IMG/VR virus record: IMGVR_UViG_3300046012_000429
Span: 1 to 56,148 of that record
DNA: 56,148 nt
Direction: 5' to 3' (one strand)
Origin: a virus
Lineage: Duplodnaviria; Caudoviricetes
Part shown: positions 17,668 through 25,922 of the stretch, one piece after another
Position numbering within the stretch: the first letter of the stretch is position 1
Layout: each line of letters begins with the position of its first letter
Notes under the pieces: generated by a model
Seen by the model: only the letters and a program-made list of their open reading frames with translations
The model's database searches: none
Told to the model about the DNA's origin: nothing
Translations under genes and position numbers: made by a program

Positions 17668-18716
17668 CGGCTGACCCGATAGACCTTGTCGGTCTGCTTC
17701 AGCGGAGCGTCAAGATTGCCTTTCAGATGCGGCGACACCCAGATCAACTTCCGCTCCTGTCTGCGTGGTCCGTACGCCTGCCAGCGGGGATGCCCACGAA
17801 CAACCCAGTGATGCTGCCACTCGACGTGACCCTCCTCGTCGGGTCGGTGCGGGTTCGCCGGTCTCCTGAGAGTGATGACGGTGACCTGGGGTGGGATCTT
17901 CATCCGGGTCATCCGCCGCTTCGTGGCCCGGTCCACCTGGTGCTGCTCCAGCACGGCGATGGGCTGGTTCATCACCGTCCACAGGGCGTAGACGAACCTG
18001 TTCAGGTTGCGGGTCGGCACGATCTGCTGCTGCAGCGAGGTGCCGCCCTGTCGTCGGATGGTCTGCACCAGGTCGTCGACCGGCCACTCCTTCGGACCCA
18101 TCCGCTCGTCCTGGTACATCGCCTGGAACGAGGAGTAGGCCCAGCGCCCCAGGTGCCGGATCGAGTTCTGGGTCGACGACACTGTCCTCGCCTCGACCAT
18201 CGCGGCCACCGACTGCGGATCGGGACTGGCGATCATGTCGTTGAAGCAGATCACCCCGTAGGTGCGGCGGTCGCCCTGGGGCACCGGACCCCACACCATC
18301 CAGTCGGTCCACAGTTCCTCGCCGTGGACGTCGGTGGCCTTGAAGGGCTTGGCGAAGTGCACCATCCCGTACGGGGAGGGGGCCAGGTCCAAGTCGACGT
18401 GGTCGACTTCCTCGAAGTCGTTGGCGACCCAGTTGACCAGGTCGACCATGTGCTCGGTGACCTCGATCATGATCCCGTGCCGAGCCCAGTTCTGGATGGC
18501 CCTCGGCGACTCGAACCTGACCCACTGCGGCACCCGGTCCTGCCACCGTTCCATCGTCGCCCGGCTGTGGTGGATCAGCCCATGCTCGTCGGTCTGGAAA
18601 GCATCGGGAGGTAGGTACGGCCCCGACAGCGAGCCGACGATGATCTCGCAGAAGTCCTCGTTGTCGAAGCGCTGCACCAGGTCCGCCTTGCAAGCCAGCA
18701 GGGCTGCCGGTCTCAC
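17664..18716 (-). CDS. Conserved phage hypothetical protein with HWVVRGH.R C-terminus
   Basis: VITLRR...HHWVVRGHPRWQAYGP....KLIWVSPH.KG; GTGA coupling. Confidence 0.75.
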   Translation of the reverse strand: MRPAALLACKADLVQRFDNEDFCEIIVGSLSGPYLPPDAFQTDEHGLIHHSRATMERWQDRVPQWVRFESPRAIQNWARHGIMIEVTEHMVDLVNWVANDFEEVDHVDLDLAPSPYGMVHFAKPFKATDVHGEELWTDWMVWGPVPQGDRRTYGVICFNDMIASPDPQSVAAMVEARTVSSTQNSIRHLGRWAYSSFQAMYQDERMGPKEWPVDDLVQTIRRQGGTSLQQQIVPTRNLNRFVYALWTVMNQPIAVLEQHQVDRATKRRMTRMKIPPQVTVITLRRPANPHRPDEEGHVEWQHHWVVRGHPRWQAYGPRRQERKLIWVSPHLKGNLDAPLKQTDKVYRVSR

Positions 18717-18922
18717 CGGTTCCTCCGGATCATCGTGCGGTAGCCCGCGCAGGAGTTCGGTCGGGCGTCGGTGAAGAAGGTGGTGCCCCGCTCGTCGCAG
18801 TTGGTGCACCCCTCGCTGTCGTCACGGTCAGACGGGCTGACGAAGGGGCGGAGTCCGTGCATCCCGCTACCCCCGCAGCAGGGGCAGGTGGGCCGGGTGT
18901 CGCGTTCGGTCAGGATGACCAT
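18713..18922 (-). CDS. Small zinc-finger protein (DnaJ-type CxxCxGxG)
   Basis: CPCCGGSG...CTNCDERG; RBS GAGAGGA. Confidence 0.55.
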   Translation of the reverse strand: MVILTERDTRPTCPCCGGSGMHGLRPFVSPSDRDDSEGCTNCDERGTTFFTDARPNSCAGYRTMIRRNR

Positions 18923-18992
18923 CGGTGGTTCCTCTCGTGGTTGCTCCGGTTAAGGAAGCCTTAACCGCTGTGTGCCTCTCTAAGACGACGAG

Positions 18993-19025
18993 CCCCCTCT
19001 CCGGTGCCCTACCCCGGAGAGGGGG
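18993..19025 (-). terminator. GC-rich hairpin downstream of primase-helicase
   Basis: CCCCCTCTCCGG / CCGGAGAGGGGG 12-bp stem. Confidence 0.55.
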
Positions 19026-19089
19026 AGATCGTCGATCCTTGCCTGTGCCCAGCCCTGGTGGCGTGCCGTTCTGGGCAGGTTGCCTCAGG

Positions 19090-20781
19090 TCATGGCTGGC
19101 CCCCGTTGATCACCCGGAGACCGGCCTTGGTGGTGACGATGTGCTCGGGCCGGGCTGGGTCGATCAGGTGCCACGACCAGCCGTCGCGGACCATCGACAA
19201 CTCGTGCTCCCCGGCGTCGCGGGAGGAGACCAGCAACCTCGCCTCCTTGGTGCCGCGCTTGTGGTCGACCATCATCAAGGTGGTCGCCGTGGCCACGATC
19301 CCCTGGCTGCCGATGAAGCGGGCCATCCAGTCGTCGTCGCCGGACTTGCGGATGTGGTGGGTGGCGAGCACCCCGATCCGCTGGTTGAGCGCCAACTCCG
19401 ACCACTTGCTGAGGTTGGTGGCTGACTGCGCGTAGCCACCGTTCATGCTGTTGCGGTTGGAGGACCCGTCGAAGTTGGGCTCGATCTTCTGCAGCGTGTC
19501 GGCTACCACCAGCAGTGGCCGACGGCCGTCCTCGCGCTTGTCCGCACACCACTCCGCGATGGCCTTGATCGCGGCGTCCCCGGTGGGGAAGTCGGTGTGG
19601 AACTCGATGTCGATGTTGGCCTCGCTGACCCCGTACTGCACCTGCAGGTGCTTGAGCCGCAGTTGCAGCCGCCACTCGGCGTCGTTGTCCATGGACAGGT
19701 AGAGCACGCTGCCCTGGACGCACTGCTGGGTGTGCAGGAACTCCCCGCCCAGGGCCACGTTCAGCGCGGCATCCAGCACGATGAAGGACTTGCCCACCTT
19801 GGGTGCGCCACCGAGGACGGTGAACCCAATCGGCATCATGTCGGTGATCACCCACTCCACCGGCGGGAAGATCTCCTTCAGCAGCCCGTTGGCCAGCCTG
19901 CCCTCGGGTCGGAACTGGTTGAGTCGTACCGGCACCAGGTCGGCGATCCCGAGCCCGGCCAGCACGTGGTCGTACAGGTCGGCCTTCGGGTCAGCAACCC
20001 CGACCTTCATGGTGCGGACCTTCAGGCCGTTGCCGCGAAGCGATGCCGCCACGGCTGCCGCGTAGCGCATCCCCGGCTCGTCGTTGTCGCAGATGATCGT
20101 CACCTGTGAGCAGCCCTGCAGCCACTTGGTGTAGTAGTCGCGCCAGCCGTTCACCCCGGCCGGTGCGGTGGTGGCCACCACACCGAGGTGCTCAGCCGCA
20201 GCGACGCACTTCTCTCCCTCCACGATGAACACCTCCTCTCCGGCCTTCGCCGCTGCCAGCACCTTCGGCAGTTTGAACAGACATGGCTTGAACTCGGCGG
20301 GCAGTCCGGCTCTCTCACTGCCGGGCACCCGCTGCACGAACCGCTTGCCCTGGGGGGTCTGCCATCGCTCGACGGTCAGCCAGGGTGAGCCGTCGCGGGC
20401 CTGGTAGGTCCACTCGGCCTCCTTCACGCCTCGCTCGTTGGTGATCGGTTCGTCGTACAGGTCGGGCCAGTCCAGCCCGAGAGCGATGAGCACGTCCTGG
20501 GGGTTGCACTCAGACATGCAGTGGATCAGCACCCTGCCGTCCTTCTCCGCGATGGAGAGGGAGGGGTTGCGGTCACCGTTGCCCTTGCCGTGGGAGGTGA
20601 CCGGACACGATGCCAAGGTGGATGTGCCGTTGCGCTGGACTCGGTCGAGTCGGTCGAGGACTCGCTCCAGCGCGCTCATGCGGTCGTAGGTCTGGGGGAA
20701 GTGGGCGGGTTGAACACTGGTCGCTCCTTGCTGCTGAAGAACGATATGGATCTCTGACTCTGCCGCTACGGCGTGCGACAC
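19090..20781 (-). CDS. DNA primase-helicase (zinc-binding, TOPRIM, AAA/RecA-like)
   Basis: CP..H.D.NPSLS...HC...C; VEGEK...DNDEPG (TOPRIM); GAPKVGKS Walker A; LVVADT Walker B; HHIRK. Confidence 0.9.
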   Translation of the reverse strand: MSHAVAAESEIHIVLQQQGATSVQPAHFPQTYDRMSALERVLDRLDRVQRNGTSTLASCPVTSHGKGNGDRNPSLSIAEKDGRVLIHCMSECNPQDVLIALGLDWPDLYDEPITNERGVKEAEWTYQARDGSPWLTVERWQTPQGKRFVQRVPGSERAGLPAEFKPCLFKLPKVLAAAKAGEEVFIVEGEKCVAAAEHLGVVATTAPAGVNGWRDYYTKWLQGCSQVTIICDNDEPGMRYAAAVAASLRGNGLKVRTMKVGVADPKADLYDHVLAGLGIADLVPVRLNQFRPEGRLANGLLKEIFPPVEWVITDMMPIGFTVLGGAPKVGKSFIVLDAALNVALGGEFLHTQQCVQGSVLYLSMDNDAEWRLQLRLKHLQVQYGVSEANIDIEFHTDFPTGDAAIKAIAEWCADKREDGRRPLLVVADTLQKIEPNFDGSSNRNSMNGGYAQSATNLSKWSELALNQRIGVLATHHIRKSGDDDWMARFIGSQGIVATATTLMMVDHKRGTKEARLLVSSRDAGEHELSMVRDGWSWHLIDPARPEHIVTTKAGLRVINGGQP

Positions 20782-20828
20782 GCCAGGTTCTGACGGGGTG
20801 ATCTCAGCGGGTTAAGGTGGCCTTAACT

Positions 20829-21035
20829 TCACTTGGCTGGACTTGGGTGGGCTCGGCAGTTTCTGGGACAGATGCAGGCGTAGGTGATCTCGACCGGACC
20901 CCCTCTCTCCTCTCGATTCCGCTTCGCTGCATGAGCGGCGTCGGTGGCTGACGCCCTGGTTCGGGGGTGCACATTGATCAACTTCTTCAACCTGGCCCTG
21001 CGTCGTGCTTCCGGCGAGCGGTATCGCTTGCTCAT
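20829..21035 (-). CDS. Small basic protein (CxCxxxCxxH)
   Basis: RBS GAGAGGAG; ends next to palindrome 20811. Confidence 0.5.
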   Translation of the reverse strand: MSKRYRSPEARRRARLKKLINVHPRTRASATDAAHAAKRNREERGGPVEITYACICPRNCRAHPSPAK

Positions 21036-21044
21036 CAATCACTC

Positions 21045-21560
21045 CTCTCTGGTTTGGTTTGGTAACCCCCCCCACCGGGATGGCGATCCCCGCGCTGCGT
21101 CTCATGCTCACCTGATCCCCAGTCGGGGCACGTCTGAGGGCGAACCCTCGACGGCAGACCTCGTGTCGGCTTGGCTGCGGGTGAGCCCGTGGCATCCGAC
21201 CTAGCCGCTCTCATGGCGTTCACGGACGCACGGCTCCAAGGCCCAGTGGGATGCGCGGATGGCCGAAGATCGGTACCCTTGGCACGTCGGCGTACTGGGA
21301 TTCTCCGCCGACCATGACCCCGGTCCGCGCTAACGGATGCGGGGTCAAAACCTGCAACGACCCTATCGCTGACGCGCCCTTACGTCGAGAGACCGTGGGT
21401 GTGGATACCATTGGTGCTGTCTTCCTTAGATCGGTCGGATAGTCGCCAGCCCTGACACGGCGAGACGGGTTGGCCTTGGTTCTCCCTCGGGTTTCCTTTC
21501 CCCGAGGTGCTACGACTCCTTCCTTTAGGTGGACTTGCGTGGTAGTTGGTTGCTCCTGCG
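21045..21560 (-). ncRNA. Candidate ~500-nt structured non-coding RNA, long leader or origin
   Basis: No ORF with phage-like codon usage; many hairpins, a UUCG-loop stem and a long-range CCAAGGCC/GGCCTTGG pair. Confidence 0.4.
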
Positions 21561-21564
21561 CTTG

Positions 21565-21590
21565 GAAGGCCCCCCTCGCGGGGGGCCTTC
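21565..21590 (-). terminator. GC-rich hairpin
   Basis: GAAGGCCCCCC-TCGC-GGGGGGCCTTC perfect 11-bp stem right after the stop at 21597. Confidence 0.6.
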
Positions 21591-21596
21591 CTGCTG

Positions 21597-21683
21597 TCAG
21601 GGCCACATGAAGATGATCACCAGGACCACGAACCCCAGGCCGAGGATGCCGACCAGGTTCCAGTCGATCCCGGGCCTACTCAC
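21597..21683 (-). CDS. 28-aa single-TM peptide
   Basis: MSRPGIDWNLVGILGLGFVVLVIIFMWP; overlaps the upstream stop. Confidence 0.5.
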   Translation of the reverse strand: MSRPGIDWNLVGILGLGFVVLVIIFMWP

Positions 21684-22032
21684 CCTCACCCTGCTGCTCG
21701 TCGGCACCCTCCAACTGGGCAGCCAGTCGCTCAGCCACCTGCTCAGCGATGTCGGGGTACTCGCTCAGCAGGTCGGTGATCTGGTCCAGCGCCTGCTCGG
21801 CCTTGCTCTTGCGCGGCGTCCACTCGATGCCTCGCTCGGCACACCGCTTCTGGTAGTAGCGATTGAACTCGTCCTTGTACTTCTCCCGCAGGTCCTTCTG
21901 GGCAGCGCCGTACGCCTGCGACATGAGCCTGTCCCGTTCGGACTGGGACTGCTGATCGTTCACTTGCTGCTCCTCATCAGTGGGCTCACCGATGATCTTC
22001 TCAACGTTCTTCTCCTCGGTGGAGGTTGTCAC
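21676..22032 (-). CDS. Hypothetical helical protein
   Basis: AAGGAGCAAC before GTG; first gene of promoter 22090-22118. Confidence 0.75.
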   Translation of the reverse strand: MTTSTEEKNVEKIIGEPTDEEQQVNDQQSQSERDRLMSQAYGAAQKDLREKYKDEFNRYYQKRCAERGIEWTPRKSKAEQALDQITDLLSEYPDIAEQVAERLAAQLEGADEQQGEGE

Positions 22033-22089
22033 GTTGCTCCTTCTGGTTAGGTGGTGGTGGTTAAGGATGCCTTAACTGGCCTTGTCTCC

Positions 22090-22118
22090 ATTATATCAGT
22101 GGAGAAAGGTTAGGTCGA
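22090..22118 (-). promoter_or_regulatory. SigA-type promoter
   Basis: TCGACC-17-TATAAT; palindrome 22060-22076 just downstream. Confidence 0.7.
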
Positions 22119-22121
22119 GCC

Positions 22122-22160
22122 TGACATAGAGCGGGCTCTCGACCAGCCCGCCCTATGTCA
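22122..22160 (-). terminator. Hairpin after the two-gene cassette
   Basis: TGACATAG.GCGGGCT / AGCCCGC.CTATGTCA. Confidence 0.6.
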
Positions 22161-22165
22161 AGTGG

Positions 22166-22657
22166 TCAGGCGGCGTGCCCGTTAGTGCTGCTGAGATCCC
22201 GCATCGCCTCGGCAAGGTAGAACTCGGCCTCCTCCACTCCCGTCAACCGCAAGGCACGGAGGCAGTCAGCGTAGGCAGCAGAGGTCCTCTTGGTCTCCCG
22301 AGTCACCCCGAACTCGGAGGCCCGCTTGCGCACCAGTAGCAGGGTGTGGGCTGCCCGGCGAGCAATGTCCCGGCCGCGCTCCCTCTCGTAGATGCGTGAC
22401 TCTGCGGCGTCGGGCTTCTTGTAGCACCACCGTCGCCCGTCTTTGCCGCTCCGGAAGGCATAGATCCTGTACCTCGGATCGTCCATCCGGTACCGACACC
22501 ACTCGATGATCTGGTAGGTCTTGGCCTTGCTCCAGTTCAGATCGTCGGCCATCGCGGAGAGGTAGTACCCGTAGTCAGGTTCCCTCTCGTAGAGTTCCTC
22601 CAGGTGTTCCATCAGCCTGTTGGCGTTGCGCTCCATCACCTCATGCCCGGTCTTCAT
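22166..22657 (-). CDS. Putative winged-helix protein
   Basis: LSAMADDLNWSKAKTYQIIEWCR HTH-like segment. Confidence 0.55.
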   Translation of the reverse strand: MKTGHEVMERNANRLMEHLEELYEREPDYGYYLSAMADDLNWSKAKTYQIIEWCRYRMDDPRYRIYAFRSGKDGRRWCYKKPDAAESRIYERERGRDIARRAAHTLLLVRKRASEFGVTRETKRTSAAYADCLRALRLTGVEEAEFYLAEAMRDLSSTNGHAA

Positions 22658-23576
22658 GGCGAAGAACCTCCCCGACCACGTCGTCGGTGAGGTTCATGTC
22701 GAGGATGTCGAGGTTGTCTCGGACCCGGCTCATGTGGTGCCGCACCTCGGCCAGGTCACCTGAAGTGAGGAACCCTCGGTACTCCGGCCACTCCCCAACC
22801 ACCACGGTGATGGTGTACGAGGCTTCGAGCAGCCGTTGCGGGATGTGCAGATGTGCCTTTGCCTGGTCCCCGAGTGCTGCGACCTCTCGACCATCGACAC
22901 CGTTCGCTAGTTCGTCGGCCGCGATCTGGTCGGCGACGATCTTCCGGTCGGCCCGCTCCCTGCCCTTCAGTGCGTCCGCCATGCCGAGGCGTTGCAGCGG
23001 GGTCATGGCTCTGACCACCGGACCCGGAGCAGTCCCGATGATCTGGACTGCCTCGGCTGCTGGGTCGTGACCCAGCAGTGCCAGTCGAACGGCACGACGG
23101 GCCGCTGGGGTCATCCCCTCGACCAGTTTCACTGCCTCGTCGGGTCGCTGGTTGATGGCCCGAGCCGCAGCCGGGACATCCCCCGTCGATGCTCCTGCCT
23201 GCTCACGGACTGCCCGCTTGGTCCGCTTGCCTGCCACGAACTCAGCCCACGGCATCCTCTTCCTGAACGCCTCGTAGTGAGCGGTCCACGATGCATCGGC
23301 CCACGTAATGGAATGGCTTGCCATTCCATTACCCTCAGCAACCCAGGCTGCGACCTGGCGGTACTCCTTCAGGGTGAGGACTTCATAGGACTCACCGGTC
23401 TCGGCAAGGATCTCCCTCGCTGCCTCCTTCAACTGGTCTTCCAGGTTGGGCTCACCTTTCGGTGGCCTTCCCCGACGAGGAGGTATCTCCAGATAGAGGG
23501 CCTCAGCCAGGTTCTTCTTCTCGGTGCCGATGTTGCGTGCTGCTTGCACGACACCGGGGTACTTGATGGTGCTCAT
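22641..23576 (-). CDS. Hypothetical protein with AT-hook-like RRGRPPK
   Basis: 311-aa ORF, RBS GAAGGA, more A/T third positions than neighbours. Confidence 0.7.
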   Translation of the reverse strand: MSTIKYPGVVQAARNIGTEKKNLAEALYLEIPPRRGRPPKGEPNLEDQLKEAAREILAETGESYEVLTLKEYRQVAAWVAEGNGMASHSITWADASWTAHYEAFRKRMPWAEFVAGKRTKRAVREQAGASTGDVPAAARAINQRPDEAVKLVEGMTPAARRAVRLALLGHDPAAEAVQIIGTAPGPVVRAMTPLQRLGMADALKGRERADRKIVADQIAADELANGVDGREVAALGDQAKAHLHIPQRLLEASYTITVVVGEWPEYRGFLTSGDLAEVRHHMSRVRDNLDILDMNLTDDVVGEVLRHEDRA

Positions 23577-23613
23577 GGTTGTGTTTCCTTCTGTTGTTGG
23601 TTGCTCCTGAAAG

Positions 23614-23654
23614 CCACCAACCCCCTCTCCCGGCGAGGAGAAAGGGGTTGGTGG
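23614..23654 (-). terminator. Hairpin after ssb
   Basis: CCACCAACCCC.TCTCC / GGAGA..GGGGTTGGTGG. Confidence 0.55.
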
Positions 23655-23679
23655 GTCGTGCTGTTAAGGCGGGCTTAAC

Positions 23680-24123
23680 TCAGAACGGAGGCTCATCCGT
23701 CTGAGGTCCGTACGCCTGCTCCACCGGTGCTCGGTAGGTCTGAGCAGCCGGTGCCGTACGCCGGGCCTCCCCGTGCGGGATGACCCGGAACTGCAGCGAC
23801 GCCGACACGGTGTCGGCGATCAGTGCCACCTTGGAGCGCTTGGCGCCGCTGTCGCGGTCCTCCCACTCCTCGGTGCGAATCTTCCCTGTCACGATGACCA
23901 GGTCACCCTTGACCACCGACTCGACCACGTTCTCGGCGAGTTGCTTGAAGCAGGTGACATCCATCCACAGGGTGTCGGCGTCTTCCCACTCGTCGGTCTG
24001 CTTGTTCAGCCTGCGGTCGGCGGCGACCAGTCGCATCCGGCAGATGGCGGTGCCCGACTGCGCGAACCGGAGTTCGGGGTCGGCCACCACCCTCCCTTCC
24101 ATCGTGATGCGTGGGAGTGGCAT
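23680..24123 (-). CDS. ssb: Single-stranded DNA-binding protein
   Basis: GRVVADPELRF..SG.A, KGD.VIVTG, acidic DEPPF C-terminus. Confidence 0.93.
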   Translation of the reverse strand: MPLPRITMEGRVVADPELRFAQSGTAICRMRLVAADRRLNKQTDEWEDADTLWMDVTCFKQLAENVVESVVKGDLVIVTGKIRTEEWEDRDSGAKRSKVALIADTVSASLQFRVIPHGEARRTAPAAQTYRAPVEQAYGPQTDEPPF

Positions 24124-24416
24124 CAACTTCCTTCCTCGTCGTTGGTTGCCCACCGGAGGTACATCGTGGCAGTCCTGGGTGGGCCGGGCTTGTTGTTGCG
24201 GGTGCGGACCTGCACCCCGTCCTGCACACCGGCCTTGAAGGCCGGACGCAGGGCCGCGATCTGCGCCTGCCGGATGGCGTTGACAATCGACAGCGGGCCG
24301 TCGTCGAAGACCTTGAGCCACTCGTTGGGGTGGTCCAGCAACTCGTTCGCTATCGCGTTCCAGTCGTAGCCGTGCCCCGTAGGTGGTGGTTCCTCCCACG
24401 ACATTCCTCCGGTCAT
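24123..24416 (-). CDS. Hypothetical protein
   Basis: W..IA.EL..HPNEW..V ... MYLRW; coupled to ssb. Confidence 0.7.
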   Translation of the reverse strand: MTGGMSWEEPPPTGHGYDWNAIANELLDHPNEWLKVFDDGPLSIVNAIRQAQIAALRPAFKAGVQDGVQVRTRNNKPGPPRTATMYLRWATNDEEGS

Positions 24417-24481
24417 CTGCTCTCCTCTCGTGCGAGGGAGAGCCGGGTGGTGGGGAGCACCGCCCGGCTCTCGTCTGTGGG

Positions 24482-24865
24482 CTAGCCGCGATAGCCGTTG
24501 GTGCGTGCGAACTCGGTGAGGCTGTCGATCCGCTCGGTCAGGCTGGTGAGCAACCGCTCGACCCGACCTATCGCCCCGGTGTCGGCGGACTCGGGCTCGT
24601 CCTCCTCGTCCTCCTCGTCCTCGACCACGGGATCGGGCACGGCCATCCCGGTCTCCGCGATGTAGGTCCGGACCTCCTCCTCGGAGGCGTCGTAGTCGAT
24701 CGCGTAGTCGATCAACTGCGACGCGATCTCCTTCTCCCGGGCCTCCAGCGCCTCGACCACCGGCCGGGCGTACGACACGTACGAGCCGTAGCCCGCCTGC
24801 TGCAGCGCCTGCTGGATGGTGTCGGAGATGGACGCGGACGTGGTGTCGTTCTGGGTGGTGCTCAT
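24482..24865 (-). CDS. Hypothetical acidic protein
   Basis: RBS AAAGGA; acidic linker; followed by hairpin 24439-24472. Confidence 0.7.
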   Translation of the reverse strand: MSTTQNDTTSASISDTIQQALQQAGYGSYVSYARPVVEALEAREKEIASQLIDYAIDYDASEEEVRTYIAETGMAVPDPVVEDEEDEEDEPESADTGAIGRVERLLTSLTERIDSLTEFARTNGYRG

Positions 24866-24948
24866 CTGAATGTGGTTCCTTTACTTGGGTGGTTGCTACT
24901 GAATGTGAGTGTAGTGGATGGACTGTACTTGTCTGTCGTTAAGGTGCC

Positions 24949-25374
24949 TTAACCTGTCTCCTTCCGTGGTCGTCCCCGGCCTCGGACCGGGATGTCTGTG
25001 ATGTCGAGACCCAGCCCCAGGACCAGGCCCCGGCTGCCCTCGACACGACCAAGACCACTCACCGCGTAGCCCTCCGGTGGCTGGTAGGTGGCGTTGATCT
25101 TGGTCAGGTAGGTGTGACCTCGGCGCGAGGAGATCGAGTAGAAGTCGTGCCGCACCATCCCGCAGCGGTCGCAGGTCAGCGACCGCTTGGCGTACACGTA
25201 GTTGCCCATGTGCGGGTAGGCACCCTCCTCGGCTCGTGAGTCCACGATCCGGAACGGGTCCGTGATCGTCATCTTGTGCTGGGTGGAACGACACTCCAGG
25301 TATTCCTCAGGCATGTTGGCCAAGTGCGCCAGGTAGGCATCTTCCGCGCTGGCTACTCTGCGCAGTTCTGTCAT
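24949..25374 (-). CDS. Zinc-ribbon protein with C-terminal AT-hook (RGRGRPRK)
   Basis: ECR...H, CDRCG, Y.PPEGY; stop codon lies inside palindrome 24938. Confidence 0.7.
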   Translation of the reverse strand: MTELRRVASAEDAYLAHLANMPEEYLECRSTQHKMTITDPFRIVDSRAEEGAYPHMGNYVYAKRSLTCDRCGMVRHDFYSISSRRGHTYLTKINATYQPPEGYAVSGLGRVEGSRGLVLGLGLDITDIPVRGRGRPRKETG

Positions 25375-25922
25375 TGCGTCTCTCTCTCCATCTGGGTGAT
25401 CGCCTGGTTCAGGTAGTCCCGGGCGTAGCGGATGTTGCTGCGGGCATCCCGGGTGGCACGCAGCATGCGGTCCATCTGCACCCGGGCTTCGTTCTCCTCC
25501 GATGCCTGGTAGGTCATCTGCTTGAACTGTTGGGTTCCCCAGTCCGGACCCTCTGCTCGGGTACAGGCCGAGAGCAGTTCCTCCTGGTTGACATCGCGCC
25601 ATTCGTAGAAGCGATCTCGTCGGAAGTAGGCGCAGCGGAAGATCCGGTCACCCTTCTCCCTCACCACCAGGTAGGCCCCGTCGCTAGACCACAGCGACGG
25701 GAGGCCGAACCAGTCCCCCTGGGTCGGTGGGGTGAAGTCGCCGGGCATGATCTTCTGCTCGCTCAGCAGCCCGGAGAAGAAGAACGGCGGCAGTCGGTGA
25801 CCGTCCTTGACCATCGCCCCGTCGGTGAACTGCCAGTGCTCGATCCGCCCCTCCATCACCACGGCCAGGTCGGTGCCGTCCTCCACTCCGTCGAGGGTGG
25901 TCAGTGGATTTGCCGTGCTCAC
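25371..25922 (-). CDS. Hypothetical protein
   Basis: GTGA coupling; phage-like codon usage. Confidence 0.65.
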   Translation of the reverse strand: MSTANPLTTLDGVEDGTDLAVVMEGRIEHWQFTDGAMVKDGHRLPPFFFSGLLSEQKIMPGDFTPPTQGDWFGLPSLWSSDGAYLVVREKGDRIFRCAYFRRDRFYEWRDVNQEELLSACTRAEGPDWGTQQFKQMTYQASEENEARVQMDRMLRATRDARSNIRYARDYLNQAITQMERETQ

